This document shows positions 1 to 9,038 of a DNA stretch of 43,710 bases, in pieces. The translations under genes were made by a program, and so were the position numbers. Positions within the stretch are counted from its first letter, which is position 1. The number at the start of each line of letters is the position of its first letter. This stretch comes from Nanobdellota archaeon. GTDB taxonomy: Archaea > Nanobdellota > Nanobdellia > Pacearchaeales > GW2011-AR1. The notes below the pieces were generated by a model. It saw only the letters and a program-made list of their open reading frames with translations. It ran no database searches and was not told the DNA's origin. Location: the NCBI GenBank assembly GCA_028867075.1, contig JAGWGZ010000003.1, positions 1 to 43,710 of the forward strand, written 5' to 3'.

Positions 1-30
1 TTCATATTGTTGAAAGGAGGTTTAAATTAA

Positions 31-2730
31 ATGGGATTTAACTTTAGAAAAATCGCAGCAATCGGAACCAGCGTTTTGTTAGCAGGTATGACAATGGGCT
101 TTGCCGCAGCAGCAAACTATCCTGCACCTTTCGTGCAGAATGGAGCATCTAATGTGGCAATAGTTGTCGGAAGCAGTGCATTACCAGCAGATTCTGTTAC
201 TGCAGGAAACATTGTTACTAACCTTAATTCCTCTTTGAGCTCATCAACAAGTTCTGGAGGATCAGTTAGTACAAGTGGAGAAGTCGTTGCATTGGACAAA
301 GGAACAACTTCCAGAATATGGTTAAATACTTCCTTGGCAAATGCACAAACAGTCTTTACAAAGACAGACTTTCCAACACTTCTTGCAGACGGTTCACTGT
401 CAGGTTCAAGCACAGCTACAGTTTCACAGACCATAACTATGGGTGCTGGAACGGCTGATGGAGGAGCAAACTCAGGAAGAGTAATCTTCGCAAGTCAACC
501 AACAAGTAATAGCGACCCTTCAGTAGGAGTAAGTCTTGGAGCTCCGCAATCAAACCCAATGTATAATATGACCATTACTTTCAGCACACCTGTTAACTTT
601 ACATCCAGCCTTACACAAGGGCAGACATTTACTATGTTTGGAAAACAATTCATAGTAAGTTCTTCCAGTAGTGCTTCAAATGGAATTGTTTTGTACTCTT
701 CTGCTTCAACATTAAATATGAATCAGGGAGATACAAATACAGTTACTATAAGCGGAACAAGTTATACAGTTACACTTGGAGCAGTAAGTAGCACAAGTGC
801 GCAGGTTACGGTTAATGGTGTTCAACAAAATGTTAACACTGGAACAACTGTAAATCTTGGTGGACTTAATGTAGGTGTTACAAGCCTATATCCTAGCTCA
901 GGACAAGCAAAGGCAGCAGCTACAGTTCTTGTAGGTTCAAACCAGATTAATATTGTAAGTGGTTCTGCAGTTACTCTTGGAAGTAACAAGCAGGTACTTG
1001 CAGGAACATACGCTAATATAACTGGTGGAGTAAATGCTACGACACAGATCAACATCGCTGTAGGATACACAGATACCTCTCATGATGCAATACTCAAGGG
1101 GCAATCTTTCGTAGACCCTATATTTGGAAGTTTCCAAGTCACTAATGCCGGATTAAGTTCTGGTACTAATGATACATCTAGGGACACTATAAAGGTTGGA
1201 ACATCTGGATCTACAACTATGACTCTTACAATGACAGACCATAGTGGAAATTCTGGTACATTTGATTTTGCAACAAACAAATCTGGTTATTGGAACTTGA
1301 CAACCTCAACAGGTTATCCAATTCTTCCATATGAAATGGCCAACCTTTCCCTCAATAGTGAAACTATTGTTGGAACAGGGACAAACAATCAGAACAATGG
1401 ACATTTACTTCAGTTGCAAACAGTGTACAATGATTCCAGCTCTGCTACAAGCAGTTATGTGACATTCCTTGATGTATTAAGTGGACAAACTTATACAGCA
1501 ACAGGATCAAGCACATATGGAACAGCAACATTGCCACTTGATGGTGTTCAATACACTGTAACATATAACACCCAAGGAGCTTCAGGAAGTCCACAGGGTG
1601 CATGGGCACAGATACAACAGTCAGCAAGCGCAGGTCAATTCGTATTATATCCAGCACTCTTAGCTAAAGGCGGAGAATCAGTTGAGTTATATACAAATTT
1701 GTCGAGCTTGAACCTTGGAAAGTTTGATGGAACTAACAAAGTATCCACATTCTACATTCCAAACGGTAATGGATATACATCTGTAACTGTGGCTGCTACA
1801 GGTATCAACAACACAGATACTAACTGGACATTTAGCGGTACTGGAATAACTACAACCATCATAAATAGTGGTACAAGTTATCCAAGTTCTATACACTATG
1901 TTAATATAACAGCTGGAAAGCTGGTATATAACCTTAGTATGACTGCAGCTGCAACCAACTTGAGCTCAGTACAGTTGTATAAACCTGGAACAGGAAGCTA
2001 CATTTCAGAACCAGCAGTTGTTGTATTTGAAGGAAAAGACAATAATAACAACTATAATGCTGTTGTTATTGACAGCACTGCTGTTCCAGTCGGAACAAGT
2101 ACAAGTGGTGTTGGTGTATCTGGTGTCTATTTCACTCAGGGAACACAATACGGAAGCGGTACATCTGGTGTACAGTTGTACAGCAACTCAAACCTTCAGC
2201 AATACATGGATGGATATGGAACACTTATAACAAAGGATTCCACATCATCAAGCCAGCCAATTGTAACATTGACTTACCCTACAACAGGGCAGGCATATGA
2301 GCAGTTGTATCTTGGTTCTGTAAGCGCTAGTGTTTCATCAAGCGGAGGTTCTGCTAACATTGGAAACATCATTGTTAGTGACTCACAGGTTTCAAGTGTC
2401 AATACAAAGAACCTGATTGTACTTGGTGGAAGCTGTGTTAACAGTGCTGCGGCTACATTGCTTGGCGTTCCTATGGGAACATGCACAACTGATTGGACAA
2501 CTGCAACAAGTGTTGGATCAGGGCAATTCCTTGTTCAGAGCTTCAGCTCTTCAAGCCAGAACCTTACAAGCGGAATCGCGGTATTGGTCGCTGGATATGA
2601 TGCACCTGACACATTGGCAGCTGCTACATGGTTGACAACAAGCAAGACAAATGGCGTTGGAGTTGATTTGAGTCCTGGTAAGAAATATACCGGAACAACA
2701 ACTACAGGTCAGGCTACACTTGTAAGCTAA
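31..2730 (+). CDS. Major S-layer protein (Methanococcales/Thermococcales-like N- and C-terminal S-layer domains), 899 aa
   Basis: Signal peptide; N-terminal AIVVGSSA..D..A..I and C-terminal NLIVLGGSCVN...LVAGYDAPDTLAAA S-layer motifs; Ser/Thr/Gly/Asn rich with many N-x-S/T sequons; GGAGG SD at 16-20. Confidence 0.85.
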   Translation: MGFNFRKIAAIGTSVLLAGMTMGFAAAANYPAPFVQNGASNVAIVVGSSALPADSVTAGNIVTNLNSSLSSSTSSGGSVSTSGEVVALDKGTTSRIWLNTSLANAQTVFTKTDFPTLLADGSLSGSSTATVSQTITMGAGTADGGANSGRVIFASQPTSNSDPSVGVSLGAPQSNPMYNMTITFSTPVNFTSSLTQGQTFTMFGKQFIVSSSSSASNGIVLYSSASTLNMNQGDTNTVTISGTSYTVTLGAVSSTSAQVTVNGVQQNVNTGTTVNLGGLNVGVTSLYPSSGQAKAAATVLVGSNQINIVSGSAVTLGSNKQVLAGTYANITGGVNATTQINIAVGYTDTSHDAILKGQSFVDPIFGSFQVTNAGLSSGTNDTSRDTIKVGTSGSTTMTLTMTDHSGNSGTFDFATNKSGYWNLTTSTGYPILPYEMANLSLNSETIVGTGTNNQNNGHLLQLQTVYNDSSSATSSYVTFLDVLSGQTYTATGSSTYGTATLPLDGVQYTVTYNTQGASGSPQGAWAQIQQSASAGQFVLYPALLAKGGESVELYTNLSSLNLGKFDGTNKVSTFYIPNGNGYTSVTVAATGINNTDTNWTFSGTGITTTIINSGTSYPSSIHYVNITAGKLVYNLSMTAAATNLSSVQLYKPGTGSYISEPAVVVFEGKDNNNNYNAVVIDSTAVPVGTSTSGVGVSGVYFTQGTQYGSGTSGVQLYSNSNLQQYMDGYGTLITKDSTSSSQPIVTLTYPTTGQAYEQLYLGSVSASVSSSGGSANIGNIIVSDSQVSSVNTKNLIVLGGSCVNSAAATLLGVPMGTCTTDWTTATSVGSGQFLVQSFSSSSQNLTSGIAVLVAGYDAPDTLAAATWLTTSKTNGVGVDLSPGKKYTGTTTTGQATLVS

Positions 2731-2737
2731 AACTGAA

Positions 2738-2772
2738 TTTTACTTTTTCTTTTTTCTTTTTTCTTTTTTTTT
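2738..2772 (+). terminator. Archaeal oligo-T terminator of the S-layer gene
   Basis: About 35 nt T/C tract starting 8 nt after the stop codon. Confidence 0.75.
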
Positions 2773-2778
2773 AACATC

Positions 2779-2990
2779 TGGCGAATGCCATCGAGGTTCA
2801 CTCTTTTGCAGATTCTATTTGCTGCTCGCTTCGCTCGCAGAATTTCTTGAAGAATTAATGATAATAGTTCTCTTATTTACAAGGAATTAGTTTTATGGGA
2901 CATAAAATTAGATTCAATTTTTTATTAACAATCTAATTAAATTGTGAGCGGAGTGAACGTATCTTTTAAGATTTTATAATATGGCATCTT
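2779..2990. repeat. Structured intergenic element with nested inverted repeats (candidate ncRNA or REP/MITE-like element)
   Basis: 2824-2838 pairs with 2944-2958 (14/15 including 3 G-U); 2796-2803 with 2951-2958; 2785-2791 with 2981-2987; internal hairpins 2891-2907 and 2906-2938. Confidence 0.5.
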
Positions 2991-3042
2991 GAAGGCGAGG
3001 AAAAAACAAAAAAGTTATAAATTAAACTTAATTTTAATAAAA

Positions 3043-3654
3043 ATGAGAAAAATAATCTCCAAGCAGGAGGAAGAGAGAAAAAAGAGAAGAAACCAGCTTA
3101 TAGTCGGCGGAATTCTCATCGGAGTAATGCTGCTCAGCACACTGGGTTATGCATTCCAAAGTTATCTTTATGGGGATACTTCTTCAACTGCAGGAACAAA
3201 TCAGACCGCTACATATAATGGGATAACTTTTGTGAACCAGAACGGATACTGGGTGCTCCAGTATCAAAACCAAAGGCTGGCATTTGCATACAACCCTCTC
3301 CAAATTTCATTAAAGAATCTGAGCGGAATTTCAATGAGCCTTAATTCTCTTGCAAATAAAACCCTTTATATTTATTCTGAAGATTATAATTCAGAATCAG
3401 AGCTAAGGATAAACTTACTGCACCTTACTGACAATATTCAAAATGCCTGCCCAGAAGGAATCCAATGCAATCAGTCACTTTACCAGGGACAACAACTTCC
3501 TGCTAAAGATTGCAGCAATAATTTCATAATAATACAGTCAGGCTCTCCCGGGATAAAGCAAGAGCAAAATTGCGTGTTTATATCAGGGCAGGGGCAAAAT
3601 TTAATAAGCTCAACTGACAATTTTTTATTTAAATTGTTTGGAATAGCACAATAA
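3043..3654 (+). CDS. Hypothetical membrane-anchored extracellular protein with Cys residues
   Basis: ATG 3043 preferred over the TTG at 2989 because TTATAAAT lies at 3015-3022; basic N-terminus, one TM helix, Cys-containing outer domain. Confidence 0.75.
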   Translation: MRKIISKQEEERKKRRNQLIVGGILIGVMLLSTLGYAFQSYLYGDTSSTAGTNQTATYNGITFVNQNGYWVLQYQNQRLAFAYNPLQISLKNLSGISMSLNSLANKTLYIYSEDYNSESELRINLLHLTDNIQNACPEGIQCNQSLYQGQQLPAKDCSNNFIIIQSGSPGIKQEQNCVFISGQGQNLISSTDNFLFKLFGIAQ

Positions 3655-3655
3655 A

Positions 3656-4396
3656 ATGGCTGAAAAAAAGAAATCAGAAAAAGAAAGTGAAAAAAAAATA
3701 AAAAAACCTGCTGAAATTGAAAAGATAAGGGAAGAGATTATAGAAGACATAAACAAGTCAGAACAAGCCGAAGAAAAAAAAGAGGAAGAAGTCAAACCAG
3801 GGAAGACTCAAGTATTCAGGGAAAATAAGATACTGTTCAATGTCCTTCTTGTGATGGGTGTGATTGTTGTTTTCTTTATTGTCTTCCTCATAATTTCCAA
3901 TGATTCAAGCAGCTTCACACTGAATGGGGTAAAATATACTCTGATAAAACAGGGAAGTCTGTTTTTCTATAACACAAAGATTCCGGTAACACTAAATGGA
4001 AGTCCTGCAAATTATAATTTTTATCTGCAAAATGATCCAAGGAAGCTAATGTCAGAAATTCCATTCAGCGGGAACTTAAAGGTGGGGCAAGACACAATAA
4101 TTAACATCAACAATGATTTGGCATGCAATGGCGACGGTTCTGTCGGTGCATTGAATCTTGCAACGCTTTACAGAGTCATCGGCTCTAATGTTACAGCAAG
4201 CTCAAATGAAACATGCATGAACCAAACAAACTCGGTTTTCATAGATATTCAGCCTGCAAATGATACTTCAATAAGTCAGATTTCGCCTTACTGTTACAAG
4301 ATAGATGTAAGTAACTGCCAGATTTTAGCTGCAAGTGAGAGGTATATGGTGGAAACATTTTCAACCTTGGCTCCTTATTTTAATTCTTCCCAATAG
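3656..4396 (+). CDS. Hypothetical membrane-anchored protein, probable paralog of the upstream gene
   Basis: Charged N-terminus, single TM helix, 4 Cys in the outer domain; starts 1 nt after the upstream stop. Confidence 0.75.
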   Translation: MAEKKKSEKESEKKIKKPAEIEKIREEIIEDINKSEQAEEKKEEEVKPGKTQVFRENKILFNVLLVMGVIVVFFIVFLIISNDSSSFTLNGVKYTLIKQGSLFFYNTKIPVTLNGSPANYNFYLQNDPRKLMSEIPFSGNLKVGQDTIININNDLACNGDGSVGALNLATLYRVIGSNVTASSNETCMNQTNSVFIDIQPANDTSISQISPYCYKIDVSNCQILAASERYMVETFSTLAPYFNSSQ

Positions 4397-5030
4397 AATC
4401 TGCAAGTTTTTTACGGCGATTTTTTATGAAGAGTATATAAGATGAAATAATCAAGAAGGAGACAGTTAGTATGAATGCTGTGATAAATACCGGATGTTGT
4501 TTGAGCCAGAACTGGTGCTTATCTGCAAGCCAGCCAGTATAAATCAAAACAAGGCTCCAAAAACCGGCTCCGATTCCGGTAAATAAACTGAATCTAAAAA
4601 GATCCATCTTTGCAAACCCGGCTGGAAGAGAGATTAGGTGCCTTATTCCCGGCAAAAGTCTGCCAATGAAAGTTGTGATTTCACCGTGTTTTAAAAAATA
4701 TTTGTCTGTACGGTCCAATTCAGTTCTGCTAATGAATAAGAATTTCCCATATCTTGAGACAAGACTTTCAATTGCCCTCCTTCCAAAGCTCAAAGCAATA
4801 AAATAATTTATAATTGCCCCAAGAATACTCCCAAGGATTGCAGCAAGAAATACGACGGCAAAATTCATTTTTCCCTGTGAAATAAGTGCGCCTGCCGGGA
4901 TGAGCATCAGTTCGCTGGGTAGAGGAAGAAATGAACTCTCTATGGTCATTCCGAGAAAGATTCCCACATAACCAAGCTTGTCTATTGCCCCCAATACAAA
5001 AGATACGATGCCTGAAACAAATCCGATCAT
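4380..5030 (-). CDS. dedA: DedA family membrane protein (putative lipid scramblase)
   Basis: ESSFLPLPSE..LIPAG and GRLLPGIRHLISLPAG DedA motifs. Confidence 0.92.
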   Translation of the reverse strand: MIGFVSGIVSFVLGAIDKLGYVGIFLGMTIESSFLPLPSELMLIPAGALISQGKMNFAVVFLAAILGSILGAIINYFIALSFGRRAIESLVSRYGKFLFISRTELDRTDKYFLKHGEITTFIGRLLPGIRHLISLPAGFAKMDLFRFSLFTGIGAGFWSLVLIYTGWLADKHQFWLKQHPVFITAFILTVSFLIISSYILFIKNRRKKLADSIGKN

Positions 5031-5563
5031 TTTTTAATAATCCTAATTAAATATTTTATATCAGAATAGAGCGGGATTTCTTTTATTTTATAAATCTTTA
5101 TTTCTGCAAACCATATCCCGACGACAAATATTGTGCTCAGAACATACCAGAATATTTCATGTGCCAAATTAAAGAATGAATATCCTGCCATGAATATTAA
5201 TGTTAACACAATTATCCTGATGATATTCAGCACGAGAAGCGCCAAAAATGACAAAAGTATCATCTCCGTCCTCTTTTTTATTTTTATGTCTGAAATTGAG
5301 AGATTCAAAATCAGCAATAGATAATATGCGGAGCCTGCGATGCATGCGCGGATTAATTCAATCGGGATAATATTGTTCAGAAGAAGAACATTATTTCCGA
5401 GAAGAGTGACATCAAAGAATAGTCTCAGTACAAGATAAACCGGATAAACGGTGAGTGGAGTAAACACAAAATAAAAAAGCCAAAGATTGGGCACGGCAAT
5501 AAGAATTAGCAGAAGATATCTCAAAGAGATATTAAAAATCTTCAGCCTTAATCTCTTTTTCAT
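5027..5563 (-). CDS. Archaeosortase/exosortase family protein (pacearchaeosortase-like)
   Basis: Multi-TM; catalytic Cys (ELIRAC), Arg (LNIIRI) and His (LAHEIFWY) in exosortase order. Confidence 0.85.
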   Translation of the reverse strand: MKKRLRLKIFNISLRYLLLILIAVPNLWLFYFVFTPLTVYPVYLVLRLFFDVTLLGNNVLLLNNIIPIELIRACIAGSAYYLLLILNLSISDIKIKKRTEMILLSFLALLVLNIIRIIVLTLIFMAGYSFFNLAHEIFWYVLSTIFVVGIWFAEIKIYKIKEIPLYSDIKYLIRIIKK

Positions 5564-5582
5564 GCTTTAATCTGTGGAAATC

Positions 5583-5592
5583 TATTTAAATA
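5583..5592. promoter_or_regulatory. Palindromic TATA box (TATTTAAATA), probable bidirectional promoter
   Basis: Exactly 19 nt from both divergent ATGs (5563 and 5612), with purine-rich BRE-like flanks on each strand. Confidence 0.7.
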
Positions 5593-5611
5593 ACTTTTTT
5601 TTAATGAGGTA

Positions 5612-6241
5612 ATGTCCAATAAAAAGAGAGTGATTCTTATCTTTTCTGTAATCTTTATCATACTGTTTGCTTTAAGCTTTTATTTTGACGCTCAAATTTC
5701 AAGAGGGTTTGAATCTTTAAGGGGCATGTATCTCAGCACATTCTTTCTCGGAGTGAATTTTCTTAATAACGAGATAATAATTACGGCTTTCCTTACATTA
5801 ATTCTTTTATGGGGCAGAAAAAAAAGAGAGTGGATCCTCCCCCTTTGGGTTACAATATTTTTGACTGCGGCATTATCTGTGGTTTTGAAAGTTTTGGTCC
5901 ATCGGCCGAGGCCTTTTGCAGCGGGCATTGTTTCATTGCTTCCGGGCATAGCTGCAAAAGCAAGTTACTTTACATGGGACTTTTCATTCCCATCATTTGA
6001 TTCTGCATTCATATTCTGCACAATCCCCATAATTTCAAAATTCTTCCCGAGGCTCAAATATCTGTGGATTGCATTTGCAGCACTCATTGCATTGTCAAGA
6101 GTTTTCCTTGGAGTTCATTACATGAGCGACGTGCTTGCCGGGGGCGTCCTTGGGTATGGTGTCGGATTATTCATCCTATGGATTGAAAACAGGAATAGCT
6201 TCTTTGGAAAGATATACAATAAGATTTCAGGAAAGAAATAA
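5612..6241 (+). CDS. PAP2 family lipid/polyprenyl phosphate phosphatase
   Basis: KVLVHRPRP (C1), FPSFD (variant C2), SRVFLGVHYMSD (C3); multi-TM. Confidence 0.9.
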   Translation: MSNKKRVILIFSVIFIILFALSFYFDAQISRGFESLRGMYLSTFFLGVNFLNNEIIITAFLTLILLWGRKKREWILPLWVTIFLTAALSVVLKVLVHRPRPFAAGIVSLLPGIAAKASYFTWDFSFPSFDSAFIFCTIPIISKFFPRLKYLWIAFAALIALSRVFLGVHYMSDVLAGGVLGYGVGLFILWIENRNSFFGKIYNKISGKK

Positions 6242-7966
6242 TTACTTTCTCTTGGCAACTTTCACGATGATAATGACAATTGCTACAACCAGTATCAGGT
6301 TCAATAATCCGATGCCCCACACATACCAGTTTCCGCCAGAGATTGCTCCGCCGGTTATTGAAGCCCAGAATTTTGGAGTTATTGAAATCTGAAGGGGTTG
6401 CTTTGTTATCAGATAGCTGTTTGAATATGTGTCAAGGTAAAACAGTTTGTCTCCAGATGCATCTGAATTTGGATTCAAAGTTACCGTAATTACCTGCGAT
6501 TGCCCGGGCGAGAGCGTGATGTTAAGCGGGTTTATGCTTGAAAGAGTTGCCCATGAGGAATAACCCTCCAATCCGAAATTATAGCTTACTGTTCTGTTTC
6601 CGGTATTTCCGACAGTCGCTTCTATCACTAGAGGCTCTCCTGCTTTTCCACCTGATTGAAGTTGCGCATTAACCTGCGTTGTTTCCGGAGTTGCATAAAC
6701 GCAATTTCCTTTTACAGTCAATTGGGTGGTGAAGATATTATCTGACACGTACCTATAATAATTACCATCTATATAGTATCCATTATTGGTCGTCGTATAT
6801 CCATAATAAGTCAAAAATGAAAGAGTGTATGTCTTTTCTGCTGCATTCATCGGGACTGTAAATGTGAACGGCACCTGCATGCCCTCTCCGGAATTCAAAT
6901 CCCCATATAACGTCTGGTTCAAATCCAATCCCAGTTCTGTGTTATAAAGCCTTACAAACACCTGGTTTTTATAATCGGCAGAGCCTATGTTGTACACTGT
7001 CGGGGTAAGCGTAATCTGCTGGTTGCATTGTGCGGTTGTGCTTGCCGGAAGAGAACTGCTGTCAACAATCACTGCCTTTGATGAAGTTGGCGAGGTTACA
7101 GAGACATCTGCATAATAATTTGATGAGCTGTAACTGGATAAATCATTAGAATGGTCTATACATAGATTATTCTCTCCGCTATCATAAGAATATGCTTTTA
7201 TGAAAAGCCTGTATGAGCCTGTCTTAATATCGGGATTTACTTTAAATTGAAAGTCATATTTGTAATTATCCCCTGACGCTATGTCTCCAACCTGAACCTT
7301 TTCACTATCCTGAAGCCAGTCAAGATTTCCCGCCACATTATTATTTGTTCCCCCCTTAATAAGTCCCATCACAAAGTAAACATTACTAAGGTCATTATTC
7401 TGGTTGTTATCCAATTCTACCTGAACATCAATCGAATCTAATGGCTGCCACTGCGTATCGCTCGCTCCATTTCCATTATTTGTTATTGTAACATACATGG
7501 TCAATCCAGTGTCGTTCTGGTCTCCGCTGTTACAGAATGATTTCAGATAAGTTAGAGTGACATTCGTACTATTAGTTATAGAAGGATTTGTAGAATTAAC
7601 TACATTAAATTGAATAATCTCGGGATAACTGGTACCATATGTAAAACTTCCAGAATTAATATTTGAATTTAGGGATATATTATAGATTGCTGTACCTGTT
7701 GAGAGAATATTATTAATGTTTAATGGGTTTATTGCGAAATCATAAAAATTTCCATTATTATCAGTTAAGTGATTTACAACAGAACCTGAAGAAACATTAA
7801 AGCTAGAATCATAGTTTGGGTTAGATAGGGATAGTATTTGAGAACTTCCAGAACCACTAAAAGTAGAAATTCCAGATGGAGTTAAGCTCAGAGCGCTAAT
7901 ACCTGAAAGAGCCATCGTGAGTACAAGAATGCTTAATGCAAAAATGCCAAATAATCTTGATTTCAT
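6242..7966 (-). CDS. Surface/S-layer-like protein with Ig-like (CARDB/NEW3-like) domains and C-terminal TM anchor; probable archaeosortase substrate
   Basis: Signal peptide; beta-rich repeats (V.N.G, l.pGes..v.f); C-terminal motif + TM + KRK tail. Confidence 0.75.
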   Translation of the reverse strand: MKSRLFGIFALSILVLTMALSGISALSLTPSGISTFSGSGSSQILSLSNPNYDSSFNVSSGSVVNHLTDNNGNFYDFAINPLNINNILSTGTAIYNISLNSNINSGSFTYGTSYPEIIQFNVVNSTNPSITNSTNVTLTYLKSFCNSGDQNDTGLTMYVTITNNGNGASDTQWQPLDSIDVQVELDNNQNNDLSNVYFVMGLIKGGTNNNVAGNLDWLQDSEKVQVGDIASGDNYKYDFQFKVNPDIKTGSYRLFIKAYSYDSGENNLCIDHSNDLSSYSSSNYYADVSVTSPTSSKAVIVDSSSLPASTTAQCNQQITLTPTVYNIGSADYKNQVFVRLYNTELGLDLNQTLYGDLNSGEGMQVPFTFTVPMNAAEKTYTLSFLTYYGYTTTNNGYYIDGNYYRYVSDNIFTTQLTVKGNCVYATPETTQVNAQLQSGGKAGEPLVIEATVGNTGNRTVSYNFGLEGYSSWATLSSINPLNITLSPGQSQVITVTLNPNSDASGDKLFYLDTYSNSYLITKQPLQISITPKFWASITGGAISGGNWYVWGIGLLNLILVVAIVIIIVKVAKRK

Positions 7967-8105
7967 TTGTAATTATGAAGGAGTTGCTTCTTATTAAAAG
8001 CATTTCTGTGATTTAATATACGCAATGAGAATAATATGTTTGAAGACGAATAAGATTATTCCGAGAATAAACCAGAATTATCGCCGATGATTGATAAAAA
8101 TTAAT

Positions 8106-8510
8106 TTAGAAATCAGAATCAAATTTGTTTGAAGGCTTCTTGTCCTCAACAACAACTTCTGCTTCCCGGTCAACTTTTGCAAAAGAAGGTGTTGCTATCA
8201 CTATATTTTCTCTGAAACCAACAATACTTCCTTCAAGGGCATCTGTTGTTTTTTTGATTTTTGAAATGGCCCTCTTAAGTTCAATAGGGTCTTTCTGCCT
8301 TAAAATCTTTGTTTCAATAACTGCAATTGTATAACCGTCTCTAAGGGCAGCGAGTATCTTGTTTACATCATCATAGTGCTTTAGAACAAACAGCTTGATC
8401 ATCACTTTATGCTCTTCTTTTCCCTGATTCAGATCAATTTCAAGATAATCTTCGTCGGATACGCCTGAAGATTTTCCTGACAATCCTTTCCTCAATTTTT
8501 CAAACACCAT
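8106..8510 (-). CDS. sepF: Cell division protein SepF
   Basis: DYLEID motif, ELKRAISKIK..GSI.G..IIATP SepF core; ATG 8510 chosen from TATA at 8532-8539. Confidence 0.88.
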   Translation of the reverse strand: MVFEKLRKGLSGKSSGVSDEDYLEIDLNQGKEEHKVMIKLFVLKHYDDVNKILAALRDGYTIAVIETKILRQKDPIELKRAISKIKKTTDALEGSIVGFRENIVIATPSFAKVDREAEVVVEDKKPSNKFDSDF

Positions 8511-8549
8511 AGTATCAGAATAAGGGTTATCTTTATAAAGATTTCGCAA

Positions 8550-8867
8550 CTATTTTGCAAGATTGGAGAATTTATTTCTTAATTCTTGAAGTCTCTTCCC
8601 GAGAGAGTCTTCCTGCTTCTCAATTGACTTTATTCTCATGTCCAAAACTTTCTCTTTCATAATCAAATCTTCTTTTGCCTTTTCTTTGTCTGTTTTGATC
8701 ATCAATTCCCCTATTAATCTGAAGATTTCTCCTGATTTATCAATTTCTTTCAAAGCAGATTTTGTTTCGGACAATTCCATCTGAAATGCCTGCTTTTGAA
8801 GAAGTAAGTTATGCAGATTCTGCTCCAAGACCTGCATCTCCTGTATTGTCTCTTCGTCGTTCCCCAT
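8550..8867 (-). CDS. pfdB: Prefoldin beta subunit
   Basis: Coiled coils around the IFRLIGELMIK hairpin; downstream of rpo12. Confidence 0.9.
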   Translation of the reverse strand: MGNDEETIQEMQVLEQNLHNLLLQKQAFQMELSETKSALKEIDKSGEIFRLIGELMIKTDKEKAKEDLIMKEKVLDMRIKSIEKQEDSLGKRLQELRNKFSNLAK

Positions 8868-8870
8868 TGA

Positions 8871-9008
8871 TTATATTGCCTTTATTTTTTTAACAAAGGT
8901 TCTTGGCTTATAGAAAATTTTGCTTCCGCATTTTGGACAGACGAATCTTTTTTCCAGCTCGCTGTCTTTTATTGCCTTTCCGCACTTGAAGCATTTGTAT
9001 GTTGACAT
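8871..9008 (-). CDS. rpo12: RNA polymerase subunit Rpo12 (RpoP), 45 aa; not in the ORF track
   Basis: Manual translation MSTYKCFKCGKAIKDSELEKRFVCPKCGSKIFYKPRTFVKKIKAI; zinc ribbon; between rpl37ae and pfdB. Confidence 0.93.
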   Translation of the reverse strand: MSTYKCFKCGKAIKDSELEKRFVCPKCGSKIFYKPRTFVKKIKAI

Positions 9009-9038
9009 TTTTTAGATTATTCTTTTTGATTTATAAGT

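Noticed and set aside
2940-2952. 13-nt match to the lac operator left part (AATTGTGAGCGGA)
   Set aside because: The rest of the operator and any vector context are absent; better explained as one arm of the local stem
7990-8105. Hydrophobic reading frame after sepF (FWFILGIILFVFK...) as a readthrough membrane anchor
   Set aside because: Not in frame with sepF, preceded by a stop and without a start codon; at most a gene remnant
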